64,000 bases of DNA, taken from positions 248,001-312,000 of the forward strand of contig JAXLNO010005297.1 of assembly GCA_038087875.1 (NCBI GenBank), read 5' to 3'. The translations under genes and the position numbers were made by a program. Below, in pieces: positions 49,907 through 62,837 of this stretch. The notes below the pieces were generated by a model. The model was given only the letters and a program-made list of their open reading frames with translations. It was not told where the DNA came from and did no database searches. This stretch comes from Malacoraja senta. Lineage: Eukaryota. Position 1 is the first letter of the stretch; the number at the start of each line of letters is the position of its first letter.

Positions 49907-51600
49907 ATCCTAGAAAAATAAACATTACCGGGATGGGGGAGTCCCTCTTCATTTAGACTCCCACCGAGGAATGCATTTTGCAGGGGACGGAAGCTTGTAT
50001 CTTGTTAGGATGAAACGGCAACTTCACATTCACCACCACCCACAGCGTTCAGGATTAGCGGAGGGAATTAACAGGATATTTAACAGTAGTCGAATTAAAG
50101 TCTTGAACCAGATGAGATAGGGATAGATTCAGGTATTCCTGGCCATTGTCATAGACTCATAGAGTGTAAGTCATATCGTCGTAGAGCGTGGAATCAGGCC
50201 CTTCGGCCCAACATGTTCAAACCGACAAACATGTCCCATCCACACCAGTGGCCACCTGACTGCGATCTCATAAACTTTATGATAGTACCTGCCTCAACGA
50301 CTTCGTACGGCAGCACATTTAATATATCCATAACATTTTGAATATAAAAGTTCCCTCTCAGGTTTCCATTGAATTTCTCCCCCTTACTTTAAACTTATGT
50401 TTTCTGATTCTCGATTCCCCTACGCTGTGAAAAATGGCCTGCGCATTCAACCGATCAATTTCTCTCATAATCTTGTACACGTCTATGAGATCATCCCATC
50501 CTCCTGCGCTCCAAGGAGTAAAGTCCTCGACTGCTCAACTTCTTGTAGCCCAGGCCCCTGAGTCCAAGCAATATACTCTTAAATATCCTCTGCACCCTTT
50601 CCAGCTAGACAATAACACTCCTATAACAGGGTGCCGAAAACTAACCATAATCCACTAAATAGGGCCTCACACATGTCTTATACAACTGTAACATGACCGC
50701 CGGATCTCTAAACTAAATACTCTGACTTATTACCGCCAATGTGCCGAAAGCCTTCTTGACCACACTATCTACCGGTTATGCCAGTTTCAAGGAAATGTGC
50801 GCTGATGCACCCATATTCCTCTGCCTTTCAAAACTCCACAGAACCCTGTCATTCATTGTGGAGGCCCTACTCTTAATAGACTGCCCAACATACAACACCT
50901 CGCACTTCTATGTATTAACTTCCATCAACTTTTCCTCAGCCTAGTTTCGCCACCGATCAAGATCCTGCTTGAATTTTATCCAACCATCTTCAATATCTAC
51001 AATACCATCCACTTTAGCATCATCTGTAAGCCTTGTATTTTCCAATCCTGATCTTTTATACAGATGATAAACAGCAATGGGCCCAGCACCGAATCCTGAC
51101 ACACGCCACTAGTCACAGGTTTCCAAAGGAACAGCAACCTTCCACCATGACACTCTGCTCCCTTGAACGGTCAATTTTCTATCCAGCCAGCTAACTTTCA
51201 TTGTACAAGACGTTGGTGAGACCGCATTTAGAATATTGTGCTCAGTTCTGGGCATCATGTTATAGGAAAGATATTGTCAAGCTGTAAGGATTCAGAAAAT
51301 ATTTACAAGGATGTTGCCAGGACTAGAGGGTGTGAGCTATGGGGAGAGGTTGATTAGGCTGGGTCTCTATTCCATAGAACGTAAGATGATTAGGGTAGAA
51401 CTCATAGAAATATACAAAATCACGAGAGGAATAGATCGGGTAGATGCACACAGTCTTTTAGCCAGAGGAGGGTAATCGAGGACCAGAGGACTTAGGTTCA
51501 ACGTGAAGGGGAAAAGATTTAATAGGTATCCGAGGAGTGACTTTTTCACACAAAATGTGGTGGGTGTATGGAACAAGCTCAGAAAGGGAACATGCTCACA
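49907..51600. repeat. Second local duplication, paralogous to 62838-64000
   Basis: atcctagaaaaataaacatt...gggatgggggagtccc and following unique + CR1 sequence are colinear. Confidence 0.9.
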
Positions 51601-52050
51601 AATGGAAAGGAATCGAATGCAAGCTCACCGAGAAGTACTGAAGAAAACCCCAAATCCAAAAGGAATGGAACCCAACGACACAGACCTGGAAACGACAGAA
51701 CTCAGAACTGCTATCGAACTGACAGAATGCAGAACTGATTAGTCGGCACACAATTGGTGATGATCTCAGTTATTTATACCAAGTGTGAAATTAGGGGTGC
51801 AGAATCAATGCAGGTGTAACTTCTAATAGTTCAGGGGACGAGTGTGGAGAGAGTCTCAAGTGTTTCGAGGCGTGACAAATGTGGCAATCCCATCGTTTAA
51901 GAAACAGTTCGACAGGTACATGGATCGGACAGGTTTGGAGGGATATGGACAAAGCGCAGGCAAGTGGGACTAGTGTAACTGGGACATTGTTGGCCGGTGT
52001 GGGCGCGTTGGGCCGACGAGTCTATTTCCACACTCTATCGCTCTATGACT
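50148..52050. mobile_element. Head-to-head CR1 fragments (minus 50148-51190, plus 51190-52050), with a possible LTR fragment at 51580-51877
   Basis: CR1 RT/3' motifs on both strands; the insert ends in gtgaca (TGTCAC on minus). Confidence 0.7.
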
Positions 52051-52702
52051 ATGTTCTGAAGTCGGTTTGAGACGCGTTGGACTCGGGAACCACGGAGACA
52101 ATACACCACCCTGGTTCGTTCCATGAAACCAATTTTCTATCCATTAGGCTAGCTGTCCGTGGATCCCATGCGATGTAGCCTTTCCCAGCAGCCGACGACA
52201 CCTACCTTGGCAAATACCTTGCTGAAATCCATATATCCGCCGTCCTCAGCTGTTCCCTCAACATCCTTTTGCTTCCATCTTCATAAACGAACGCGTACAT
52301 ACAGGGGACTTGATCAATCACCTTGTTCAACTCTCGTGTATATGGAACACTTCAGGATACGTGCCAATCACATGAAGCCCAACTATTCACTTGAAATGAA
52401 TAAACTCACTGAAACTGACTTCCGGTGGCGCTATGGAGTAGGAGAGACTCGCTCCGACTAGCTCCGGGAAAAAAACGTTGAAAACGGGGGGGAAAAGACG
52501 GGACCTACCTCTAGAAAACGGCACCGAGTGTTTGCAACAGGTCCGTGACGTCATCAGGCGCGCGACACCGGCAGCATGTCGATTCAACACACCCCCCCAA
52601 GACGAGAAAAACCGGTAAGGGAAAAGAGGCAGGCCCAACTGAAGCCTCGGGCTCAGTTTTAACAGCATCCCAAGAAGACATCTCAAGGGAAAAAAAACAG
52701 AT

Positions 52703-53599
52703 GTGGAAGAATTAAGAACCTTCCTGACACAGGAAATCTCTAATATAATGACAGAATTTAAAAATCTTAAACAGGAGCTGAAATCTTTAAAAGATGAAAT
52801 TAAAGAACAAATTAAAGATGAGGTTACAGCTCCTGTGCATGAAGTTCTGGAAGACTGGAAATTAACCATGGAAGAAAATATGCATCAAAATACTGAAGAA
52901 GTAAATGATAAACTGAATTCGATGGAATCCAGATTTGATGCTAAGTTGGAGCCGATCCTCCAGACTTTAAATCAACACCAGGAGGCTGTAAAGGAATTGG
53001 AGGAAATTGCTGAGACAAGCACCGAAACAACAAAAAAACTTATTGCCGAGAACAAACGCCTATCGAAGTTATTACATCAAATAACTGAAAAACGTATTGA
53101 CTTGGAGGGACGACAGAGACGTCAGAATTTAAGAATCGTAGGCGTCCAGGAAGGCAGAGAGGGGAATCGTGACCCTCGCGAATTTGCTGCAGATCTGCTG
53201 AAAAAAGTCTTGAATCTGGATCAAGCACCGTTAATTGCCCGAGCGCACAGAGTATCAAGACGTCGCCCAGGGGTGGGCGCCCCCCCAAGACAACTGATAG
53301 TGAAGGTGCAATATGACCATGTTTTGGATGATATGATGAAGATAATTGTTCAAAGCAGAAACCTCGCATTTGAAGGAGACAAGATAAGCATATTTAGAGA
53401 TTATCCTGTGGAAGTCGCCAAGAAGAGAGCGCTGTTTACAGAAACAAGAAGAATACTTAAGAATATAAACAATTTGAGATATGGACTGTTATATCCCGCA
53501 ACATTAAGAGTGACCTATGAGAGGAAGGAACATTTCTTCGTCAAGCATACAGAGGCACTTGAATTTGCCCAGAGCATCGTGAATAAGACCGAAGATTGA
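52703..53599 (+). CDS. L1 ORF1p (coiled coil + RRM + CTD); true start probably frameshifted upstream (ATG 52576)
   Basis: LEGRQRRQNLRIVGVQE, RAHR, FRDYP, LYPA motifs. Confidence 0.8.
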   Translation: MEELRTFLTQEISNIMTEFKNLKQELKSLKDEIKEQIKDEVTAPVHEVLEDWKLTMEENMHQNTEEVNDKLNSMESRFDAKLEPILQTLNQHQEAVKELEEIAETSTETTKKLIAENKRLSKLLHQITEKRIDLEGRQRRQNLRIVGVQEGREGNRDPREFAADLLKKVLNLDQAPLIARAHRVSRRRPGVGAPPRQLIVKVQYDHVLDDMMKIIVQSRNLAFEGDKISIFRDYPVEVAKKRALFTETRRILKNINNLRYGLLYPATLRVTYERKEHFFVKHTEALEFAQSIVNKTED

Positions 53600-53960
53600 A
53601 TAATATTCTACACCCAACATTCACCTGAAGACAGTGGAAACTGTTATCCTGCAGAGAAGAGATGGAACTTTAAACTATAATTTTTAAGAACTGTCCCCAT
53701 TCTTCTTGCAGATTTTGTCCAAGATCTGCGGGAAGAAATGGGCAATTATCTCGCTACTGATACATAACATTTATATATTAGTACTAATTTCTAACAATTA
53801 ATTCTAATCACGAATACTAATCAATACTAATTATTGTTAACTGGACCAACTTAGAATTGATTAAAAGTATGAAATATAAGTAAAGTTTGATCCAAATAAT
53901 TAATTAATAAAATATAGGTAGTTTTTTCCTTGCTATTTTGGATATTTGGATATTTTGGAC

Positions 53961-54122
53961 TTTGATTACTCTTTAACAATGTTTTTTGATTACTCTTTAA
54001 TAATGTTTTTTGATTACTCTTTAATAATGTTTTTTGATTACTCTTTAACAATGTTTTTTGATTACTCTTTAACAATGTTTTTTGATTACTCTTTAATAAT
54101 GTTTTTTGATTACTCTTTAACA
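53961..54122. repeat. 24-bp minisatellite (TTTGATTACTCTTTAAYAATGTTT) x ~6.7 in the L1 inter-ORF spacer
   Basis: Directly visible; gives the FDYSL(T/I)MF periodic ORF. Confidence 0.95.
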
Positions 54123-54629
54123 GTGTCTTCCCCTTTTTTTTTTTTAAAGAGGAAAAATATTTTTAGCTTGCTATATGATATTAATATTTTAATTGGAGAC
54201 TAACAAATACTTCAATTATGGAATAAAACTATTGTTTCCCTCCCCCCCCATAAATTGTTTTCATTGTAATTGAAACTTTTCTTTTAAGGAGAGTAAGGAG
54301 CTAGTAATATGTTTTTTTTTTAACAAAAGCTACGGAAGTCTTTAGATGTTTAGCCACACTGAGGTGGCTATCACTAACTGCACTAATCATAGTTGTAGTT
54401 TTCTTCTTTTTCTATTTTTTACACGTTACTAATACAACATTTTATTACCTTTTCTATCTTATGTTATATTATATTTTGTATTTGGAATGGAATTATACGT
54501 TTTATTTAGGGAGATATGTCCGGATGAAAAACCGACGAGACTTAGAATTCATCTACCTGAGGTTCAAGTATAAGGTAGGGTTTAGTGCGCTGATCCAGCT
54601 GCTCCAACATAGACCACTTTAATCACAAG

Positions 54630-57600
54630 ATGCAAGACGTTAATATGAAAATTGGGGGGGAAGGAATTAAATTTTGTAGCTGGAATGTTAAGGGCATTAA
54701 TGAACCAATCAAGAGAGGTAAAGTATTAGCCTATTTAAAATCACTTAAAGCAGATGTATATGGACCATAATGTATATGGACCAAATTTTGATAGCCCCCT
54801 GTTCTTTAAGAGAATACTTAACATTATCCGGAATGTACACAACATAATTTAATTATCGGTGGAGACTTAAATTGTACACTGGATGCTTACTTGGATAGAT
54901 CATCAAGTCAAAGAAAATTAAAATCTCAGTCAAGTGAATTCCTAAATTCATATATTAATACTACCAACATTAAGGATATTTGGAGAATTGAAAACCCATC
55001 TGGTCGAGAATACTCATTCTACTCACCCGTGCATAAAACTTACTCAAGATTAGGCTATTTCTTAGTAGACTCTAAACCTATCCCATTTACCTATAATTCG
55101 CAATATCATAATATTATAATATCGGACCATGCTCCACTAACATTTATGATTAAACTAAATGGAATGACCGAGACAAAGACACAATGGAGACTTAACCCTC
55201 AAATCTTGAAAGAAAAGCTATGTAATGAATACCTCGTAAAACAGATTAATATGTTTTTCGAGGCTAATGACAGCCCTGGAATCTCCGCCTCCCTTCTTTG
55301 GGAAACATTTAAAGCATTTGTGCGAGGAGCATTAATCTCCTCCCAATCATTTATTAATAAAGAGAATAGGGCCAAACAACAGTCATTGGAAACGGAAATA
55401 AGGCAATTAGACATAGAAAATGCAATAGCACCATCTATGGTAAAACACAATAAAATTGCAGTACTGAAATATAAGTTAAACAAGATATACTCAGACCAAG
55501 TAATAAAACTATATCAACGTACAAAACAATTATATTTTGAATTTGGAGATAAAGCACAAAAACTATTAGCGCGTCAACTTCGTAAACAGGACGGGGAAAA
55601 AACAATTTACAAAATTAGATCAGATAAGGGAGAAACATTAACACTACCTAAAGATATTAATGATAGATTTTTACAATATTATGAAACATTGTATTCATCT
55701 AAAACAACAGAACAACCAGTAGGAATGGAAACATTTCTACAGAAATGTAATCTTACAGGTTTAGATCAGAAAGAGAGAGAATCACTAGATGTAGAAATTA
55801 CGGTAAAAGACATCGAGGAGTCAATTAGATCTTTAAAAAATGGAAAGGCCGCAGGTCCTGGTGGTCTAAGCTCTGAATTTTATTAAAAAATTTACGATCT
55901 GATTTCTCCACGTCTACAGAGACTTTACAAAGCTTATTCTCAACAGAAACTTCCAGAAACTCTAAATGAATCTACAATCATACTTATTCCGAAACCGGAT
56001 AAGGACCCTGAAGACCCAGGTTCATATAGAGCAATAGCTCTCTTAAATACTGGTCAGAAAATATTAACCAAAATCATATCTCATAGATTGAGCTTTGTGA
56101 TTAACAAATTAATACACCCGAACCAAACAGGTTTTATTCCAAAACGTTACTCATTTTATAATTTGAGAACACTATTCAATATTATATATACAAATAGAAT
56201 TCCAAATGCAGATCTAGCAATTATTTCGTTAGATGCTGAAAAGGCATTTGACCAGGTAGAATGGACATATTTATTTTCGGTAATGAAAAAATTTCAATTT
56301 GGAGAGAAGTACTGTACATGGGTTAAATTGTTATACTCTAATCCAACAGCTAGAATATTAACAAATCAAATATTATCAGCAAAATTTAATCTTTCTAGAG
56401 GTTGTAGACAAGGATGTTCACTATCCCCACTATTATTTGCTCTTGCAATTGAACCATCAGCAGAAAGCGTTAGAAACCATCCAGGAATACATGGATACAA
56501 CACTAGAGATACAAGGAATAAAATGTCCTTATATGCAGATGATGTATTAATATATATTACAAAGTTAGAAACTAGTATTCCAAATCTATTAAATCTAATA
56601 ACACAATTTGGTCAGTTCTCAGGATATAGGATTAATTGGAATAAAAGTGAAATTATGCCAATAACAAAATTCAACTTAAATACAATACAACAATCCCCTT
56701 TTAAAATAGTTAAAGATAAACTTAAATATTTAGGAATCTATGTAACTAAGACATATACCTCTTTATTTAAACAAAATTTTCCATCCTTACTTAATAAATT
56801 ACACAAACATATTCAGTACTGAAAAACACTTCCTATTTCAATGCTTGGTAGAATTAATGCTATAAAAATGATTTTCTTACCGCAACTACTATATTTATTT
56901 CAATTAATTCCGATATATATATTCCAAAAAACGTTTTCAAAAAAGTCGACTCCATTGTTACAAGCTTTATTTGGGATTATAAGAATCATAGAATAAGTAA
57001 AAAACATTTATGTAAGTCAAAGAGCAACGGAGGTTTGGCCTTGCCAAATTTCTTATTTTATTTTTGGGCAGTCCATATTAAAAACATGAATTTCTGGCTG
57101 GAAGAAATGGACCAACAACCAGAATGGTTAAGGATGGAAAAGGAAGACTGTTTACCTTTTGAAACAGGTTCGATTATATTTGCTACCACAAAATTGCATA
57201 AATAAACCCAATAAGGAAAACCCTATAATAATAGTGGAATACGAATTTGGAAACAATTAAAAAAGGCTTTAAAACTGAATAATATACCACTATGTCTTTC
57301 CATTGTAAATAATCCTCTATTCAAGCCATCCATATTGGATAGAGGTTTTATACAATGGAAAAATCATGGAATTAAAAGGATTGGACATCTTTATAGGGAA
57401 GGCATCTTTCTGTCATTTCAAGAGTTACAACAGAATCATGGACTACACTCAAATAAATTTTTCAGATATTTACAAATTAGAGATTATGTTAAATCCAATA
57501 CACAAGTTTATAGGACTAGGGAACCAGACATTCTTGATGAATGTTTGAATAAGGATCCTAACACTGAAAAATTAATAGCTTATATTTATAACATTCTCCT

Positions 57601-58204
57601 AAATAATGAGGAACCACCGATGGAACTATATAGACATAAATGGGAAAATGAGTTAGGTTATCCTATTACGAAAGATATTTGGGAAGAAATTTTACAACAT
57701 ATACATCAATGTTCGTTAAATACCAGACATGCTTTAAAACAATTTAAAGTCTTACACAGATTGCATTATTCCAAAATAAAACTAAATAGAATTTCCCCAC
57801 ATATTTCTCCTATATGTGATAAATGCCTGCATCTAGAGGCCAATTTAACACATACCTTTGCAAATTGTATAAAAATTAAAAATTACTGGACTGATATTTT
57901 TCAAATAATTTCTGAAGTTGTTAATACCAAATTGGCTCCAGACTCAAAATTAATAATACTTGGGATATCAGAACAACGTTTAACACTCACAACAAGCCAA
58001 AGAAACTTCCTTGACTACAGTATAATAACTGGGAAAAAATTAATATTAAAATTCTGGAAAGGCCCTACAACCCCCACAATTAAAATGTGGATTGTGGAAA
58101 TGTCGGAGACCCTACATCTAGAAAGAATTAGACTTGTCTTAATGGACAAGCAAGAACTTTTTGTTAAAATATGGGCTCTATTCATTGCCTATTTGAAGGG
58201 ATAG
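54630..58204 (+). pseudogene. L1 ORF2 (APE endonuclease-RT-CCHC), disrupted
   Basis: SWNVKG, GGDLN, SDH, LDAEKAFD, GCRQGCSLSP, YADD, CDKC..HTFANC; stops at 55884 and 56820, frameshifts, and an endonuclease deletion near 54760. Confidence 0.9.
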
Positions 58205-58974
58205 AGTGGCCCAGCGCGAAAGCCCGACTGAAGCTTGAACTCAGGATTAGATGTAATTATATTTCATAACCTCCGAACTTATCTCCAATGACGTATTATA
58301 AGTTATTCATTCCACCTCTTTTTCTTTTTTGATATTCTAATTCTTCTTCCTCTCTCTTCTTTCTTCTTTCTCTCTATTTTTCTTTTTCTATCTATATTAA
58401 AAAAACACACTAGAAGCAGAATTAACTAACAATTGACACATTTAATAATGTATGAGTGATTGATGTATATGAAAAGTTTTTTCTTTTATTATAATATGTT
58501 ACTCTACACTGTAATATGTTTGCTTCTAATAAAAAATTATATCACAAAAAAAATGAAATGAATAAACTCACTGAAACCGCTAAGAAACTGGAAAATAAAT
58601 TTCATATTGGTGGAACTTGTAGATCTGCTGGCAAATAACTACGGAGCCCCTGTTTCACTCCAGACACGTAGTGATGATAGTGTTAAGTTTGAATGCTCTC
58701 CCTGAGACCTCATGGGTACACCAGTGTTCCTCCGACATTGGAAAGACATGGGTGTTGTTCGGCTGATTTGACTGTTTAAGATACGTCGATGAGTGGTAGC
58801 ACCTGGTTGAGCTAATGGGAATGCTGGGCACGTTGAAACGAATGTTGCCTGTAGGTCCTTGTTCAATGGCGGGACATGTAGGAGTCGGGGCTGTGAACAC
58901 ATTATGTGACTTTATGATTTAGATTTGAGTGAAGCGCGCATTGCTAAGACATTGCTTATCACTGGCAGAAATAT

Positions 58975-60390
58975 CAAGTTCATGTTCAAGAGAGTTTATT
59001 GTCACGTGTCCCTGTTAGGACAATGAAATTCTTGCTTTGCTTCAGCACACCAGAACATAGTAGGCGTGAATACAGAACAGATCAGTGTGTCCATATACCA
59101 TTATATAAATATATACATACATGAATAAATCAACGGATAAAGTGCAAATAAACAGATAATCTATTAATGTTCAGAGTTTTGTCCGAGCCGAGTTGAATAG
59201 CCTGATGGCTGTGGGGAAGCATCTATTCCTGAACCTGGTCGTTGCAGTCTTCAGGCTCCTGTACCTTCTGCCTGAAGGTAGCGGGGAGATGAGTGCGTGG
59301 CCAGGATGGTGTGGGTCCTTGAGGATGCTGCCAGTCTTGTTGAGGCAGCGACTGTGATAGATCCCCTCGATGGAAGGTAGGTCAGAGCCGATGATGGACT
59401 GGGCAGTGTTTACTACTTTTTGTAGTCTTTTCCGCTCCAGGGCGCTCAAGTTGCCGAACAAAGCCACGATGCAACCAGTCAGCATGCTCTCTACTGTGCA
59501 CATGTAAACGGTAGAGAGAGTCCTCCGTGACATACTGACTCTCCGTAATCTTCTCAGGAAGTGGAGGCGCTGATGTGCTTTTTATATAATTGCATCAGTG
59601 TTCTCGGACCAGGAATGATCTTCAGAGATATGCACGCCCAGGAATTTGAAGCTCTTGACCCTTTCCACCTTCGACCCCTTGATATAAACAGGAAGGGGTG
59701 GGATGGGTCCCCATCCCACCCCTTCCAAAGTCCACAATCAGTTCCTTGGTTTTGCTGGTGTTGAGGGCCAGGTTATTGTGCTGGCAGAATTTGGTCAGTC
59801 GGTCGATCTCACTTCTATACTCTGACTCATCTCCATCAGTGATACGTCCCACAACAGTGGTGTCGTCAGCGAACTTGATGATGGAGTTCGCGCGAAGAGC
59901 GGCTACACAGTCATGAGTATAGAATGAGTAAAGCAGGCGGCTGAGCACGCAGCCACGAGGTGCTCCCGTGCTGATTGTTATCGAGGGTGACACATTTCCA
60001 CCAATACGAACAGTCTGTGGTCTGTGAATGAGGAAGTCAAGGGTCCAATTGCAGAGGGAGTTCTGCGAGTTTGGTCACCAGCTTGGAGGGGATGATTGTA
60101 TTAAATGCCGAGCTGTAATCAATGAATAACAGCCTGACATACGAGTTTTTGTTGTCCAAGTGGTCCAGAGCGGAGTGGAGAGCCAGCAAAATCGCATCCA
60201 CCGTTGATCTGTTGTGGCGGTAGGAGAACTGCAGTGGGTCCAGGTTTCTGTCGAGGTAGGAGCTGATTTGTGCCATGATCAACCTCTCAAAGCACTTCCT
60301 CACCGACGTTAGTGCCACTGGTCGATAGTCATTGAGGCACGACACCTTGGTCTTCTTGGGCACCGATATAATTGATGCCCTTTTAAAGCA
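58975..60390 (-). mobile_element. Rex1/Babar LINE (5'-truncated RT, frameshifted)
   Basis: [57 protein letters not shown]; 3' GTGACAATAAA end. Confidence 0.92.
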
Positions 60391-60872
60391 GAATATATAA
60401 ACAATTTTAGGAAAGGTTTAGATTACTAGGTCTAGTTGGCTGGAGTAGACCGAAACATAGGGCTGATCATGAGAAAAGTGGTGTCGCTTTATGACACGCA
60501 TTTGCCAGATAATCGGGTGAATCAGGAAACAGAATGTTCCAGATAACCCCGACAGATCTAAAACAAGAATGAAAGACAGCAAGGAAACTTTGATCACTGA
60601 TGTCATATTTCTAGAACATGAAATCTTCATATAACCATTGTGTCGCGAGCCATTAAACAACCTGTAGGTAAAAATGGCAGTAAACTCAAAGTTTTGAATC
60701 CATTCAAAATGTTTCCCAATATGTACTGTTCAGTCCTTGAATAAACGGATATGTGTCGGAATCGCACCGCGTCTTGACGAAGATTTGTTTGGTGATCTCC
60801 CGATTTGAACAATGATTAAAAGGGCGACAGGGCACAACGTAAAGCTAGATTCAACGACAGATCAGTCACACA

Positions 60873-60976
60873 ATTGTGTGTAAGATAATGTTAATGTGCA
60901 AGGATCGCTGGTCGGTGCTGACTCGGACGGCCGAAGGGCCTGTTTCCGCGCTGCATCTCCAAACCATAAACTAAAA
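60873..60976 (+). mobile_element. SINE 3' fragment
   Basis: ggatcgctggtcggtg...ggccgaagggcctgtttccgcgctg. Confidence 0.7.
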
Positions 60977-61629
60977 ATTACAGAAATAAATTCGTATTTA
61001 CGAATATTCTAATTAGCGTACACTAGAAATTTGAAATCGATTATTTCGGAATTGCTGTTTCATAGATATCTTTTGTTAACAACAATGCAATTCCACAGAG
61101 TGTAATTATTTTGGTCAGGAACTTTGAATTACTGATTTTCAGTTTGTGTTCTCTTGGAAAAGCTTGCTTTGATGTATTCCCAGTGTTTGTCTTGTAAAAT
61201 GTAAATAAACAGGCAGGATTCCTCTCTCCAAGAATGCAAATATTTATTGTGCTTGAAATTCAGCATGTGTCAGGTGAGAACCAAATGCAATATAATACGC
61301 TTGTCAATTTCGTCCGATCCAAAATGTTTTTAAGGTAATTATTCTAAAATGTAAAAAGATACATTGCAAGAGGCTGGCAGCAACTAATCCCAAGGATACG
61401 TGTATTATGAGTTGTGCACTCTGTGCCCATCGGCGCATGGCAATACTATTCTCTATTTCAGACAAACAGCGAGTGGAAGATATATAATGCCTCATGTGGT
61501 AGGCAATGCTGGAATAGGATTAAAGTCATTTGCAAGTAGATCCTTTAACATTAAGGAAATGTAACAGGGTATTCTGAACCTGTCCCAATTGATAACAGAG
61601 AACAGTTTAAAATAAAACAGTATTGGGTA

Positions 61630-62220
61630 TATCGCGGAGCTGGCCGAGTTCGGAACGGGAGGAGCTGTGGTGGCGCGCTGCTGCGGCCCGACCCCGGAGA
61701 ATCGGAGGCTCCAGCCGCCGGCCCGGTGGACGGTGACATCGGGAGCTCGCGGGTCCCTAGTGGGAGACCGCTTTTCGGAGCTCCCGCAACGGCAACTTCT
61801 CCCGACCGAGTTGTGGGGTTGAAGATGTCCTGGAGCGGGGCCTTACATCGCCCGGCGCGGATTTAAATGGCCGCGGGACTTGCTAGCGCCCGCCGGGGGC
61901 TCCAACATCAAGACCCGGAGCGCGGCCTTGCATCGCCCGGCGCGGTCTTTATGGCCGCGGGACTTACTTACCAAGGCCCGCCGGGGGCTTTGGCTTTGAC
62001 TTTGACATGGGGAGGAGAATGGGGGGTGCAGGGGAGAGACAAGACTTTGCCTTCCATCACAGTCACGAGGAGATTCACTGTGATGGATGTTTGTGTAAAT
62101 TGTGTTGTGTCTTGGTTCTTTTTAATTGTTTGTATGACTGCAGAAACCAAATTTCGTTTGAACTTAGATTCAAATGACAACAAATAAATTGTATCATTGT
62201 ATCATTGTATCATTGTATCA
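61630..62220 (+). mobile_element. GC-rich retroposon with (TCATTGTA)n tail
   Basis: Colinear with 18640-19195. Confidence 0.6.
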
Positions 62221-62837
62221 TTTAATTACGGGAACAATTCTGTGGAAAATTAATTTGAATTGGTAAAACCTCCGCAGGGTCTTTCCAGGGGAACGAAACG
62301 CGAATTCAGCCCACTATGGTGAGAGCACACTTGGGAATTTGCAAATATCAAGTTAGCCCACTAAAATCTCAAGCTCTGGGCCCACAAATCTGCCGAAACC
62401 CTTCCATTTGTGCTATGACATTGAATAAAGTTGCTCTACGTCAAAAGTAACATAAAGCATGGAAGCAATGAGGCCAGTGGCATACTGTGCCACGCAGTAA
62501 TGTCCAGTGGTGGCTGGGTGCATTGATGTGCTCAAGTTCTCGCCTGCGTGACATGCCGTTATAAGTCTTAGAAGCCATCACACTGAGTGGGACCATAATT
62601 TTACAACCTCTGCATAATACAGTGCGGCTCCTAGAAGCAGGTGAGTTAATGGCAGTATCGAACTGTTGATGTGCAGATGGCAGGGTGTGCATTGCCTGTT
62701 TACAAATATAAGCAGGTAAATTTTACTGGACCTTGCCCTTGTCTCTAAATTAAAGGTGCTGTTTCGTAAATTTTGAACACTTTATCCGCTGGGTGGAGGC
62801 ATTCCCATGCAGTAGCCCAGTTGCAAACGTGCCATGG

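Larger units (their letters stand above)
52416..58553 (+). mobile_element. Full-length but inactivated L1 retrotransposon (6138 bp)
   Basis: Perfect 24-bp TSD tgaaatgaataaactcactgaaac (52392-52415, 58554-58577); gacttccgg 5' start; ORF1 and ORF2; AATAAA 58528 + A tail. Confidence 0.95.

Noticed and set aside
61304-61495. Minus ORF with AQLIIHVSLGLVAAS resembling gene A exon 1 (IQLVYYPILALVALP) as a candidate lost exon 1
   Set aside because: Lacks the YYP and terminal P residues, has no GT donor at the expected position, and resembles the wrong subfamily for gene D; probably chance.
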